Source of the DNA: the human T2T-CHM13v2.0 reference genome, Homo sapiens
Assembly: GCF_009914755.1 (NCBI RefSeq)
Contig: NC_060936.1
Length of the DNA stretch: 64,000 nt
Direction: 5' to 3' (one strand)
Each line of letters begins with the position of its first letter. Within the stretch, counting starts at the first letter, position 1. Below are positions 1 to 13,796 of this stretch, in pieces. The position numbers and the translations under genes are program-made. The notes below the pieces were generated by a model, which ran no database searches, was not told where the DNA came from, and worked only from the letters and a program-made list of their open reading frames with translations.

Positions 1-221
<221 letters not shown>

Positions 222-1754
222 TAGTGTCATCCTGATACATCCAACAGTAAAACTGGTAATTCTAAAATTAAATATTTATAGTGCATCACTGATATTAGTT
301 AATAGTAATTATTTGCAAGGGAATAATGCATTTTTGGCATAATTGAATACTTATTAGCTATTCTACATAAAATTTGTAGCCACTATGTATGTAATGCAAA
401 CTTCCTAATGTTAGTTCCCCATGTGGGTTTTTTAATCAGCAAACTCTAAACTGGCTTCTGTTTCTATTAGTTTTTGGTTTTGAAACAAAGTTTTCGGTTC
501 TTAATTACAAATGGCCCTTTTTCAGTCCAACATATGGTCATGTAGTCATTCGATACTGGTTTAAGATCAGGAGTTGCTTGTACAAGATGAAAATCACTTA
601 AAGGCACTTTCTACAGAAACAGTTGATTAGTTTGTTTATACATGCATTCACTCCGTGAACTGAAGGACTGGGACTTATATGCTTTGTTTTGCACCTGTCC
701 TTTCTTCCAAACAAGACTGGTTAAATTCAAGTAAACATATTTTTGCCAACCTTAACAAAATCTGTTTTATTCTATTAACAGTTCCTAATTAGAATGCAAA
801 TTACAAGTCACATAAAGCTGGTTGAGAATGGAAGTACTGAGTACTAATCTCCTAACTTGCTTATCTTTGGATGTAGACGAACACCAATGAACTGAGCAAA
901 TTGTATGTGCTCTGTTTTTTCTTTTCCAAAGGAATTGGTTATCTGTCTTGTATTTGGGGATATGTATGTATACTTACTATCAAATGAAGAAGATAATAAA
1001 ATAATTCATTGAGTTTCATGTTAAGAAAGAGTGTGAGAAAAGAAGAGAGCAGTACCATAAATGTCAGATTAAAAGGATTAGGTAGCTACCTCTCCAGGAG
1101 AAAAAAATATGGCTAAATGCTATCTCTACAGCAGAAACAAAAATTAATTTTTGTTTCAGTGATGTTTTTGTTTTAGATACTTTTATAGCATGTGTTGTAG
1201 AATCACAAAATTGAGCCCTCGATATATATAGGAAGTGTATTCGGTCTAGAATAATTAACTTCTCCAAAGTCACTTAGATAATAAGGGAGCTACAAATTAT
1301 AACCCAGAATTCAAGATTCCTAGAATAGTATTGTTTCTTCCATTTTAAATAAAGTTCTGCAGGGACTTAATGATTCTGCAAATGTACCTCAGAAGCTGTC
1401 TTTATTTGTTTTAATTATTGGAGTTCCACGTTTGAAAAAAGAAAGGTTGAAAACTTTTTGTACTATATGGATAGTCTATTTTTAGACATGATTTTTGTTT
1501 TACGTACTTTCAGGTCCCAATCCCACCTTAGAGAACCATATCTCTTGTTTTATTTTAGTGAGGAAAGAAATATACTTTTGCTAAAATTTACTTTATTTCA
1601 TGCGTTTCTTGAACATAGTAAATGAGGAATTGCTTTTTTGTGTGTTTTTGTAGGGTCTCGTATAGTGATATACTAGATCTTAGCAAGGTACCAAAAATAG
1701 CTGCCTCCTGCTGAAAAGCTTTGTGACCACAAACAAAGTTGTGAACTTTGTCAG

Positions 1755-1890
1755 ACACAGTGCCAGCTACTTGGAAGGCTGAGGCAGGAAGATCACTTGA
1801 GCCCAGGAGTTCAAGGCTACAGTGAACTATGATATTGCCACCATACTCCAGCCTGGGCAACAGAGCATGACTCATCTCAAAAAAAAAAAA
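1755..1890 (+). mobile_element. Alu right arm/FRAM-like monomer
   Basis: cttgagcccaggagttcaaggctacagtg... with A tail. Confidence 0.8.
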
Positions 1891-2379
1891 GCACCGAAGT
1901 TGTGAACTACCTACCCTACTATCCATAAAGTCTGTTTGAACTGGTTTCATGAGGCAAGCTTGGGCAGAGCATGATGCTAAACTGTTAAGCTAGACCACCC
2001 CTGCCTGGCTGAAGTGCTGATTATTAGTCAGTGGGACTGCGCACAGCAGATCATCATGTACTTCTGGCATATCCAGAGGTGACACTTCTCCCCCTAAGAT
2101 ATAACATTAACCGTTAGCCATTGTAAACAACTGGTTTAGAGATCTCTTTAAGATGTTAATACAAGGGTCACTGTCATAGATGCCTCTCAGTTGTCTTAAG
2201 CAAAGAAATAATTTGTCCATAAAACTGCTCATTTTTGACAGTCCTTTCAGCTTTTTTTCCTAATTGAGTTCAGATACTGAAGGTCTACCGAGCTGGACCA
2301 GGTATGACTACTTTGAAAGAGTCTAAATAATATAGTAAATATATATGTAAATTTCTAAAAAACAAATAAGGATAATAGC

Positions 2380-2600
2380 TAATATTAAAGTGCTTTGTAC
2401 ATTGTACCTACATTCTCATTTAATCGTTTTAAGAACCCTATAAGTATAGATGCTATAATTATTTCCATTTTACTGATGGGAAAGCTGAGATCTGGAGAAG
2501 GTGAGTAGTTTACCCAAACTTACAGCTTATAAGAGGTAAAAACAGAATTTAAATCCAAATAATCTAATTCCACAGCTCACCATTTGACTACTACCCAATT
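2380..2600 (-). mobile_element. MIR (degenerate)
   Basis: ccattttactgatgggaaagctgag...cccaaacttacagc MIR-core similarity; bounds approximate. Confidence 0.55.
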
Positions 2601-3843
2601 ATGTCCAAAAAAAGGGAAGAAATTAACATCTCTCCCAAGCAGGAAAGGGAATATCAGGAAGACTTTAGGAAAAAGGAGGCATTTGAAATGGACTTTGATT
2701 ATAAGTTAGACTCAGATGTAGAAATAAAGAATATTCCAGGCCAGAAGATAAAAAAATTATACTGTGAGCAATGTGAAAGGCCCTAAGATAGAAAAATAGG
2801 GTACAAAAACAAATGTGCCTTTAGTTTGGTTTAACTAGAGCATAGATATGTGAAGGTATAAGTTCAGGAAAGAGTTGATAGAGTCTAAATTTTGATATGA
2901 GCATAATTTTGAATTAAGGAGGATGTATTGGGGGCTGGGAGCATATGATTACCATATGCCCAAAGATAACATGGGAATTCTTCCTCAAATTTATCCGTTA
3001 GAAAAGAGGGGAATAACCATGTATTCAGACCTTTATCGTACTCTCATATTACAGGGTTTTCACTGTCCTTTACTTTGAACAACAACAAACCAAAAAAGGT
3101 TAATGAAATAAAATGAAACAGGTGAGAACAAATGTGCCTGCAAAGACTTCAGCTCATGTAGTTAGAAATGTTCATTGAGAACATCAGACAGAATATTTTT
3201 AAGGAATAAACATAAATTTAGTCCTTATTCTCAGCAATATGACTTCACTATTCTGAGGACTGTATGTGATTTTAAACAACTGGCTTAAAGATCTCTTTAA
3301 GATGTCAATATAAGGTTTACATGAATAAAAACCTATAAGAGAAAGGAAAAAAAAATCTAGTTTTATTTTAATGTTATGTAAATAGGTGCTTTTCACTGCA
3401 CATTTTACCTGAAGATACAACTTAGATGGAATGTGTTATGTTATGCCAGAAAACTGCAGGAGCGTTCATAATTTAGCTTCAGTGAAGGTAAAGATGCTGG
3501 TGTCTTTACCTATGTAGAGTTTGGGGGAGAGGGAGCAGTATTTCTGAATTAATATATTTAATATGCAATCTTATTTACATGTGTAAATTAATGAGTTAGA
3601 TAATTATAGATATCTCATTCACATTCCTTAAAGTTTAAATTTGTTCAAGTTGGCAAATAAAAAAGGTTTTCTGGTTTTTTAGTTCCTTTTTCTCAGGTGG
3701 GAAATTAACAAATTTGTCTTATATTCAGAGCACCTTTAGAATTGGCTACATGTGGTTTATCTTAGTTTGCAGAAAATAAATTTCATGTAATTCAGCAGCC
3801 ATTTCTGCTTCTTTAAAAGTTAAAATAAGAATACATTATCAGA

Positions 3844-4191
<348 letters not shown>

Positions 4192-4763
4192 TTATATTTT
4201 AGCATTCTTTTGGTGATTTTAATTGACATAAATATAAGAAGAGCAAAAATATTATTTGTAGATTATCACCTAACAAAATCTAAGACACTTATCAAGGTGG
4301 CAAGATACATAATAAATGTACAAATAAATAGCTTATCTTTATACCAGCAGTAACCAATTAGTCGTATGGGTATACCAGCACATACGTAAAAGGCTGTTGG
4401 TTGCAGCATTATTTTAAGTAGCAAAAATGAAACAACCAAAGTGTTTATCATTAGGAGACTGATGCCATTTAGAAATTAAAGTAGTATGCTATAGAACACT
4501 ATGTATAGGAAAGGCATGTTTTTGTTTTGTTTATTTTAACAAAAAAAGAAAACTATGTGAAAATGGCCACTTACGCATAGAAAAAAATCCATGAAGGTTA
4601 TGCACCAAACGACTAATAGTGGTTACCTCTGGAGAATAGGATTAGGGGTATTTTCATTAACTTTATAATATGATGTACTAGTTAAAATTTTTATTACAAG
4701 CAGATGTTGTATTAAAGAAAAAATATAAATTAGGTATTAGAAGATCTTGAAAGTCAGCCCTAA

Positions 4764-5077
<314 letters not shown>

Positions 5078-5925
5078 CTCAAGTTTTTATTTGTTAGACA
5101 GAAGGGGCAGTACTCTAGGGGTCATAGTCCTGTTTTGTTTGGTTTTGTTTGCTTGATTTATTACAGAATTTAGTATTCGAGTACAGTTATGTTCCATGCA
5201 TTAAATTAGGTGTATAATTACGCACCATGCATTAAATTATACTTGAGTCCCTAGTACATAGTAGATTCCCAGGTGTCATTCCCTTTGCCCCACTTTGAGT
5301 TAAAAAATAATGTCCTTGTTTCAAAAAGAGAAACTTCATTTTTTTAATAAAATAAGCAATCTAAGGCATTAACAGCTAGTAAATATTAAAGCTAAAATTT
5401 GAAAATGTCTGTTATTCCAAATCCAGTGCTTTCCTCCCTATTTTGTAGCTATAATCAAAGCTATTCTTCAAGCATATTAATTATACAGTTGATAAAATAG
5501 GGTAAGGAAAAAAGATTAAAGGAAGCTATTGGATCTATCTGATATAGGTGCCAAAGAGAGAGCTGATGCCAAGAGATAGGGAAAAGGGAATGGCAGGGAT
5601 GGGATGGGGAAAGGAACTGTCTGGATATGTTATGTAAATGTCTTTGTAAAGACCTATTGTTGGGGTGAGGGAGATAATTGGGTGAAGAGCCAATGGTAAC
5701 TTGAGTATTAAAAGATTGGTTAATTTTTCCTGGTGGCACCATCACAAAGAACATCAGAGGGAAAACAAATATATAATGGAAATTGATGAATTTGGGTTTG
5801 TGCATGTCTTGATTACTAAAATCATCATTATTTACAGACACTGAAGGCTTTAGGTAAACATGCTTCCTTAGAAACATGCTGTTATTGATTTGAAATAAAA
5901 CTGAATCATTGTATTTTATTCTTAG

Positions 5926-6075
5926 CAGCAGGGAATACAGCAGACAGCCCCTCCTCAACAGACAGTGCAGTATTCACTTTCACAGACATCAACCTCCAGT
6001 GAGGCCACTACTGCACAGCCAGTGAGTCAACCTCAAGCTCCACAAGTCTTGCCTCAAGTATCAGCTGGAAAACAG
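5926..6075 (+). CDS. WNK1: WNK1 exon 10 (QQGIQQTAPPQQ...VSAGKQ)
   Basis: cttag|cagcaggga acceptor, cag|gtaaac donor, 150 nt, phase 0-0. Confidence 0.93.
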
Positions 6076-7285
6076 GTAAACTTTTTTTTTTTTTTTTAAA
6101 CAGGTAAACTCTTAATTTCTGAAAGGGTGCTAAAAGGGATTTCCATGTAACTTGTCCTTTCATGTGGATAGACTTCTACCTTTTCTTCTAAGGGTAACCA
6201 ACCCTTGAAGTAGGTTAATCTCATTGCAGAAATGAAGTGAAGATCACCTCATTGGTGCATATGCATTATTTAATGTAAATGGGTACGTTACTGACAGCAG
6301 TGACAATCCAAAGTTTCACTTCTAGTCTTACCAGTCCAAAATTGATGTAACAGGTATTAGAAATAACAGGTTAAATAAAGGTGCTCTGGTAACTGAACCT
6401 ATGACATTCCCTAGAATTGTGTCAGCTATGTCTGATATTCTAGGTTTGAAACTATGCTTTATTTTCATGTAGATTTCTGCACTGTTTACTGTGTGGAATG
6501 TTTTTTTTTCTTAAGTAGTCCTCCTAATCACTTGAGAAGTACCCTGTAGAAGGTATGCTTTTCTGAATGACCTTTTTTCAACTTTATTTTTGAGTACTGT
6601 TGTGCATGTATGTGCACAGTGTATTGTTACCCTAATATTTCATCACATCTGAGATGCTATCAACTTTAAAATGTACCATATTTTATGTACCACATTATCA
6701 GTTATAAAGTAGATCCCAATTTCTCACATGTTAAAATGATCAGGTAGTGGAGAGGGATGATTGCATCCTAGAATGAGTGAAATATGTGAATTATACCAAT
6801 TTTTATTGAGCCATGTTGGACTTAAGAATTTTAGAAATAATACGAATGAAATCTTAATTCCACTGGGAAGGAATTCATTTGAATTTCAGTAACTACTGTA
6901 ACAGCAGTCGTAACTTTAGTGATAGCATTATGGTATATAAAATATATTCCAATAAAGCTGTTAAAAAAAAAAGCCAACCCCTTGTCTATGGAAGGGTCCT
7001 CTTCTATTGCCAAATGCTGAAGCATTAGCAAATATTTCTATGACAAAAGGTGTAGAACAGTAATAGTCTATTTAGCCTCTTTCTCTCCTGCTCTCCTTTC
7101 CATATTTTTATGTGGCATATTAACTTAACACTAATGTATGCAGGGTTTTGTTGGTTTGGTGTTTTTTTTTTTTTTGTTTTTTCCTTCTTTTTGGCTAATA
7201 CATAAATCTTGCTTTTGGCAGCCTTGCTTTTTTTTTTTTTTTTTTTTTTTAAGCCTGTCTGTTTTGTTTTTCTTTACCTTCCCAG

Positions 7286-7744
7286 CTTCCAGTTTCCCAG
7301 CCAGTACCAACTATCCAAGGCGAACCTCAGATCCCAGTTGCGACACAACCCTCGGTTGTTCCAGTCCACTCTGGTGCTCATTTCCTTCCAGTGGGACAGC
7401 CGCTCCCTACTCCCTTGCTCCCTCAGTACCCTGTCTCTCAGATTCCCATATCAACTCCTCATGTGTCTACGGCTCAGACAGGTTTCTCATCCCTTCCCAT
7501 CACAATGGCAGCTGGCATTACTCAGCCTCTGCTCACGTTGGCTTCATCTGCTACAACAGCTGCGATCCCGGGGGTATCAACTGTGGTTCCTAGTCAGCTT
7601 CCAACCCTTCTGCAGCCTGTGACTCAGCTGCCAAGTCAGGTTCACCCACAGCTCCTACAACCAGCAGTTCAGTCCATGGGAATACCAGCTAACCTTGGAC
7701 AAGCTGCTGAGGTTCCACTTTCCTCTGGAGATGTTCTGTACCAG
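7286..7744 (+). CDS. WNK1: WNK1 exon 11 (alternative, Pro-rich, LPQY PY motif at 7418-7429)
   Basis: cccag|cttcca ... cag|gtattg, 459 nt, matches ORF 7391-7756. Confidence 0.95.
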
Positions 7745-8432
7745 GTATTGTGTTAGTTAGCAAAAGAGGGCACCACAGAGTTTGATCCTAGTAGATCATC
7801 AGGAACATGGAAATCTAATAGTTGAGTGTCAGAATAACTAGCAATAACATGTCAACTAGAGAAGCAAAATAGTAAAATTCTGAGAAAGGATTGGATAATG
7901 ATGTTCAGTGATTCCTGATCCATTTTTCTCAAGACACTTCTTCAGAGAAAAATGGTTCTCTCAGTATTCACTGTAAGCTGATTGAATGCTAGATGTGGTT
8001 AATAGTACACCTGGCAACTTTTACATATATGGGTAGAATAAATAGAATAGCCAACATGGTATCAACAAAAAGCTTCGGGGTTTAGACTGGGAAAATTAGC
8101 ATTTCATGATATGACTGTTATGTGGAAGAATTTTTGCATTTTTCCATTTAAGATTGGCTAGGAAGAAATTGTGTTCCTCCTATTTAAATCATCTCTAGGT
8201 GAAGATAACCGACAATAAAGTAGTATTGTAGAGTCCTGTCTCTTCTGTTGGAACCAGTCTACTACTTCATTTCAAGAATGTGGTCTTTATATGCCCTTTA
8301 GATTATTAGAAAGAGATTGGCTACTATTCTTCTTTGCTGTGTGCTTCTTTTTTTTTTTTTGCATGTCTTGCTGTTTTGCTAATTTATTGACCCCCAACCT
8401 GCTCTAACTCACCTTCCTCATTTCTGTCACAG

Positions 8433-8711
8433 GGCTTCCCACCTCGACTGCCACCACAGTACCCAGGAGATTCAAATATTGCTCCCTCTTCCAACGTGGC
8501 TTCTGTTTGCATCCATTCTACAGTCCTATCCCCTCCCATGCCGACAGAAGTACTGGCTACACCTGGGTACTTTCCCACAGTGGTGCAGCCTTATGTGGAA
8601 TCAAATCTTTTAGTTCCTATGGGTGGTGTAGGAGGACAGGTTCAAGTGTCCCAGCCAGGAGGGAGTTTAGCACAAGCCCCCACTACATCCTCCCAGCAAG
8701 CAGTTTTGGAG
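8433..8711 (+). CDS. WNK1: WNK1 exon 12 (alternative, PPQY PY motif at 8451-8462)
   Basis: cacag|ggcttc ... gag|gtaaat, 279 nt, matches ORF 8496-8771. Confidence 0.95.
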
Positions 8712-9403
8712 GTAAATAGAATTACTGCATGTTTATATGTAAAACGTATATATGTAATTGGACAACAATGATAAAGGAGAAAGAAACAGGCTCCCCTGGT
8801 TTAGAACTTATTTGGAGACCATGTCAAACTAACTTCTGCATGACTTTTTCTTACAGCAGAATGAAATGCCAATGTGGGGTCCTTGTTTCCACTGGCTGTT
8901 CTGTTGGGAAGTGAGTGTGCCTTGGAGAAGATGAACCCTATTAGCACTTCACTTCTCTAGCTAGTACTTTAGCCATTATTCTTGTCCTTTCACAAACTTT
9001 TTCCATTGGCAGTCATAAGAGTATCTTACCCTCCTGTGCTCTCAGCAATCATTTTTGCCCTGCTAGGAGAAGATCTGAATTCATCTTTGTACTATGCTCT
9101 GTCTGCGCTATTGCACACTCTTGGTAAGATGCTGGCTGCATGGCAAGTTGTAGGTTCACACTGCCTAGCAGATATGTTGGCTGACCTCATACCATGCAGT
9201 CTATACCAGAGACTAGCTTTAGCAACTTCCTTTGGAATTTTAAGACCATTATCTCTAGATGCTGAATATTGAGAATTTACTAGTAAATTTAGTGCTTCTA
9301 GGACGTAGTGGGGAGGGATAAGGAAAAAAATAAGTAGATTATTGGGGATAGTGAATGATAAATCTATTACTACCGAGATTTGAGTTATCTTTTCGATTCA
9401 CAG

Positions 9404-9501
9404 AGTACTCAGGGAGTCTCTCAGGTTGCTCCTGCAGAGCCAGTTGCAGTAGCACAGCCCCAAGCTACCCAGCCGACCACTTTGGCTTCCTCTGTAGACA
9501 G
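9404..9501 (+). CDS. WNK1: WNK1 exon 13 (STQGVSQVAPAEP...SVD)
   Basis: cacag|agtact ... cag|gtacgt, 98 nt. Confidence 0.93.
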
Positions 9502-9622
9502 GTACGTAAAACTAGAATTCTCCTTCCTTGACTGGTAAATAAGACGGTATGAAACGCCAAACTGTCAGACCTTTAAATCTCATATTATAAACTGCACTTT
9601 TTTTTCTTTTTAAATTTCAAAG

Positions 9623-9785
9623 TGCACATTCAGATGTTGCTTCAGGTATGAGTGATGGCAATGAGAACGTCCCATCTTCCAGTGGAAGGCATGAAGGAAG
9701 AACTACAAAACGGCATTACCGAAAATCTGTAAGGAGTCGCTCTCGACATGAAAAAACTTCACGCCCAAAATTAAGAATTTTGAAT
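9623..9785 (+). CDS. WNK1: WNK1 exon 14 (AHSDVASGMSDGNE...KLRILN)
   Basis: caaag|tgcaca ... aat|gtaagt, 163 nt. Confidence 0.93.
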
Positions 9786-9913
9786 GTAAGTATTCCTAAT
9801 TTGTGAGTTTCATGTTGTTAAAGGAATTTGACACTGAAAAAGATTTTAGAGATCATCAAATCCAAACCACTCACTTCATAAAATAAAGATAACTATCTGT
9901 GTGTGATAGATAA

Positions 9914-10198
9914 TTTTTTTTTTTTTTAGACGGAGTCTCGCTCTGTCGCCCAGGCTGGAGTGCAGTGGCATGATCTCTTCTCACTGTGATTGCAGTGCCT
10001 CCTGGGTTCAAGCGATTCTCCTGCCTCAGCCTCCCAAGTAGCTGGGACTACAGACACGTGCCACCACGCACGGCTAGTTTTTGTATTTTTAGTAGAGACA
10101 GGGTTTCACCATATTGGTCAGGCTGGTTTCAAACTCCTGACCTCAGGTGACTCACCTGCCTCAGCCTCCCAAACCACTGGGATTACAGGCACCCAGCC
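9914..10198 (-). mobile_element. Alu (WNK1 intron 14)
   Basis: Antisense Alu dimer. Confidence 0.9.
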
Positions 10199-10654
10199 AG
10201 ATAATTTATATAGTACTCTTCTCATTTCATGCCCACAGTCTCTTTGACTTAAATATCACATTTTTAGAAAAATGAAAAGGTAGTTCATAAAGCTATGATA
10301 GGGCCAGCAGTTAATATCATTTAAATATTTCTTAAGGCTTAGATGAATTGATGAATGTATAGGATCTTATAATTAGCCAAATGATATTCTTACATTCCAT
10401 ATTTCTATGATAAAGCACTACTTATCTTTTAGAAAAAGAATAGAGAGTTTTAGTAAGTAGCTCAAAGGCTAACGTCTTCTCAAAGATTTTTCTTGCTACC
10501 AGTTTAAGAGACAAAGTACTAGTGCTCCAAGGAACAGCGATAACACTATGCTTCCTTAGACATAAAGTCAAGTGCTAATCTGCATTGCTTTTCTGAAATT
10601 CAGTAATAAAGCTGAATATGGTCTTTGGAGATGATGTACCTTTTTTCTTTTTAG

Positions 10655-10771
10655 GTTTCAAATAAAGGAGACCGAGTAGTAGAATGTCAATTAGAGACTC
10701 ATAATAGGAAAATGGTTACATTCAAATTTGACCTAGATGGTGACAACCCCGAGGAGATAGCAACAATTATG
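10655..10771 (+). CDS. WNK1: WNK1 exon 15 ([39 protein letters not shown]; CCT-like domain)
   Basis: tttag|gtttca ... atg|gtacgt, 117 nt; motif conserved across WNK family. Confidence 0.96.
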
Positions 10772-11106
10772 GTACGTCTGCATTTGGAGTTCTAGGTTTT
10801 TCCTTAGTACTTGATCTTAATAGCCATTGCTCTAGGCAAATATGCCATATTTTATAATCCATGTTTTTTTAAAGTTATGCATTTACTTCAATGTGAATAA
10901 AACTATCACACCCAACCTGTGATTTAGTGATGTTTTTGTCTAGGCTATGTCTAACTAGATATTGAAGTTCTTAAAAAGAGAAGAGCTAACTTGAGTACAA
11001 AATAAATAAAAATATAGGTAAGTATGCAGATAGGACAGAAGTCATAAAAGTGACATAAAGTTTGAGAAATGACACTAATTAGACTGACATCACATTTCTT
11101 TTACAG

Positions 11107-11280
11107 GTGAACAATGACTTTATTCTAGCAATAGAGAGAGAGTCGTTTGTGGATCAAGTGCGAGAAATTATTGAAAAAGCTGATGAAATGCTCAGTGAGG
11201 ATGTCAGTGTGGAACCAGAGGGTGATCAGGGATTGGAGAGTCTACAAGGAAAGGATGACTATGGCTTTTCAGGTTCTCAG
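11107..11280 (+). CDS. WNK1: WNK1 exon 16
   Basis: tacag|gtgaac ... cag|gtaggt, 174 nt, ORF 11107-11301. Confidence 0.96.
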
Positions 11281-11485
11281 GTAGGTTCACCACTCCCATA
11301 GTGAAACTTTGTTGATTTAAAATATTTTCATAGTTCTAAATTTGCTATGCAAAATGTCCAGTGATATCACCTGACACCCATGACCGACAACAAACTTTTA
11401 TGTTCTCTTCACATGTGGCAGTTTGCTTTGCCTAGTCATTGAGATTGCATTTGAGAATGTATTTAATCACTTTTGTTTGTTGTAG

Positions 11486-11543
11486 AAATTGGAAGGAGAG
11501 TTCAAACAACCAATTCCTGCGTCTTCCATGCCACAGCAAATAG
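11486..11543 (+). CDS. WNK1: WNK1 exon 17 (KLEGEFKQPIPASSMPQQI)
   Basis: tgtag|aaattg ... tag|gtgaat, 58 nt. Confidence 0.92.
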
Positions 11544-11571
11544 GTGAATTTATTTTCTTTCCTTGTTTTTA

Positions 11572-11772
<201 letters not shown>

Positions 11773-11832
11773 CTAACAATATTTATAATAATAATGCTAT
11801 TAAGTTACGTTTGTTTGTTTGTTTTTGACCAG

Positions 11833-11955
11833 GCATTCCTACCAGTTCTTTAACTCAAGTTGTTCATTCTGCGGGAAGGCGGTTTATAGTGAGTCCTGTG
11901 CCAGAAAGCCGATTACGAGAATCAAAAGTTTTCCCCAGTGAAATAACAGATACAG
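11833..11955 (+). CDS. WNK1: WNK1 exon 18 (RFIV SPAK/OSR1-docking motif at 11880-11891)
   Basis: accag|gcattc ... cag|gtaagg, 123 nt, encodes GRRFIVSPVPE. Confidence 0.95.
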
Positions 11956-12360
11956 GTAAGGGATTGATTCTGCCACATTGTTATGTAAATTCTACAGTGC
12001 CTCTGCTATGTTGAAAGCTTAATCATAAAGCAGTAATTTATGATGACACAGATAATAAAAAAGAATAGAAAACTGAAGTTATAACCAACAGATAAACATA
12101 TGGGAGAGGGAAATAGATGAAGAATACAGAGAATTACAGAAAAAGCCAAGAAGCACGGCCATACCAAGATATAGTCTGTATAATAGATATTGTAGTATGT
12201 GTTTATTTCTGCACTTAGTACTGTTGTCTATGTTTTAAGATTACTCCATATTTTTTATCAAAAACAGATATTTATAGGAGCTGACTTAGGCTAGCAGACA
12301 ATCTTTTGAATCCATCCTTTTAAAATCAGCTGATTCTTATCTTTTTGTATTCCTTTGCAG

Positions 12361-13796
12361 TTGCTGCCTCTACAGCTCAGAGCCCTGGAATGAACTTGTC
12401 TCACTCTGCATCATCCCTTAGTCTACAACAGGCCTTTTCTGAACTTAGACGTGCCCAAATGACAGAAGGACCCAATACAGCACCTCCAAACTTTAGTCAT
12501 ACAGGACCAACATTTCCAGTAGTACCTCCTTTCTTAAGTAGCATTGCTGGAGTCCCAACCACAGCAGCAGCCACAGCACCAGTCCCTGCAACAAGCAGCC
12601 CTCCTAATGACATTTCCACATCAGTAATTCAGTCTGAGGTTACAGTGCCCACTGAAGAGGGGATTGCTGGAGTTGCCACCAGCACAGGTGTGGTAACTTC
12701 AGGTGGTCTCCCCATACCACCTGTGTCTGAATCACCAGTACTTTCCAGCGTAGTTTCAAGTATCACAATACCTGCAGTTGTCTCAATATCTACTACATCC
12801 CCGTCACTTCAAGTCCCCACATCCACATCTGAGATCGTTGTTTCTAGTACAGCACTGTATCCTTCAGTAACAGTTTCAGCAACTTCAGCCTCTGCAGGGG
12901 GCAGTACTGCTACCCCAGGTCCTAAGCCTCCAGCTGTAGTATCTCAGCAGGCAGCAGGCAGCACTACTGTGGGAGCCACATTAACATCAGTTTCTACCAC
13001 CACTTCATTCCCAAGCACAGCTTCACAGCTGTCCATTCAGCTTAGCAGCAGTACTTCTACTCCTACTTTAGCTGAAACCGTGGTAGTTAGCGCACACTCA
13101 CTAGATAAGACATCTCATAGCAGTACAACTGGATTGGCTTTCTCCCTCTCTGCACCATCTTCCTCTTCCTCTCCTGGAGCAGGAGTGTCTAGTTATATTT
13201 CTCAGCCTGGTGGGCTGCATCCTTTGGTCATTCCATCAGTGATAGCTTCTACTCCTATTCTTCCCCAAGCAGCAGGACCTACTTCTACACCTTTATTACC
13301 CCAAGTACCTAGTATCCCACCCTTGGTACAGCCTGTTGCCAATGTGCCTGCTGTACAGCAGACACTAATTCATAGTCAGCCTCAACCAGCTTTGCTTCCC
13401 AACCAGCCCCATACTCATTGTCCTGAAGTAGATTCTGATACACAACCCAAAGCTCCTGGAATTGATGACATAAAGACTCTAGAAGAAAAGCTGCGGTCTC
13501 TGTTCAGTGAACACAGCTCATCTGGAGCTCAGCATGCCTCTGTCTCACTGGAGACCTCACTAGTCATAGAGAGCACTGTCACACCAGGCATCCCAACTAC
13601 TGCTGTTGCACCAAGCAAACTCCTGACTTCTACCACAAGTACTTGCTTACCACCAACCAATTTACCACTAGGAACAGTTGCTTTGCCAGTTACACCAGTG
13701 GTCACACCTGGGCAAGTTTCTACCCCAGTCAGCACTACTACATCAGGAGTGAAACCTGGAACTGCTCCCTCCAAGCCACCTCTAACTAAGGCTCCG
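12361..13796 (+). CDS. WNK1: WNK1 exon 19 (large Ser/Thr/Pro-rich low-complexity exon)
   Basis: tgcag|ttgctg ... ccg|gtaaaa, 1436 nt, ORF 12345-13814. Confidence 0.97.

Noticed and set aside
5461-5958. 165-aa - strand ORF
   Set aside because: AT-rich intronic sequence, non-ATG start, no recognisable domain.
13529-13774. Antisense 81-aa ORF in exon 19
   Set aside because: Shadow of the WNK1 coding strand.
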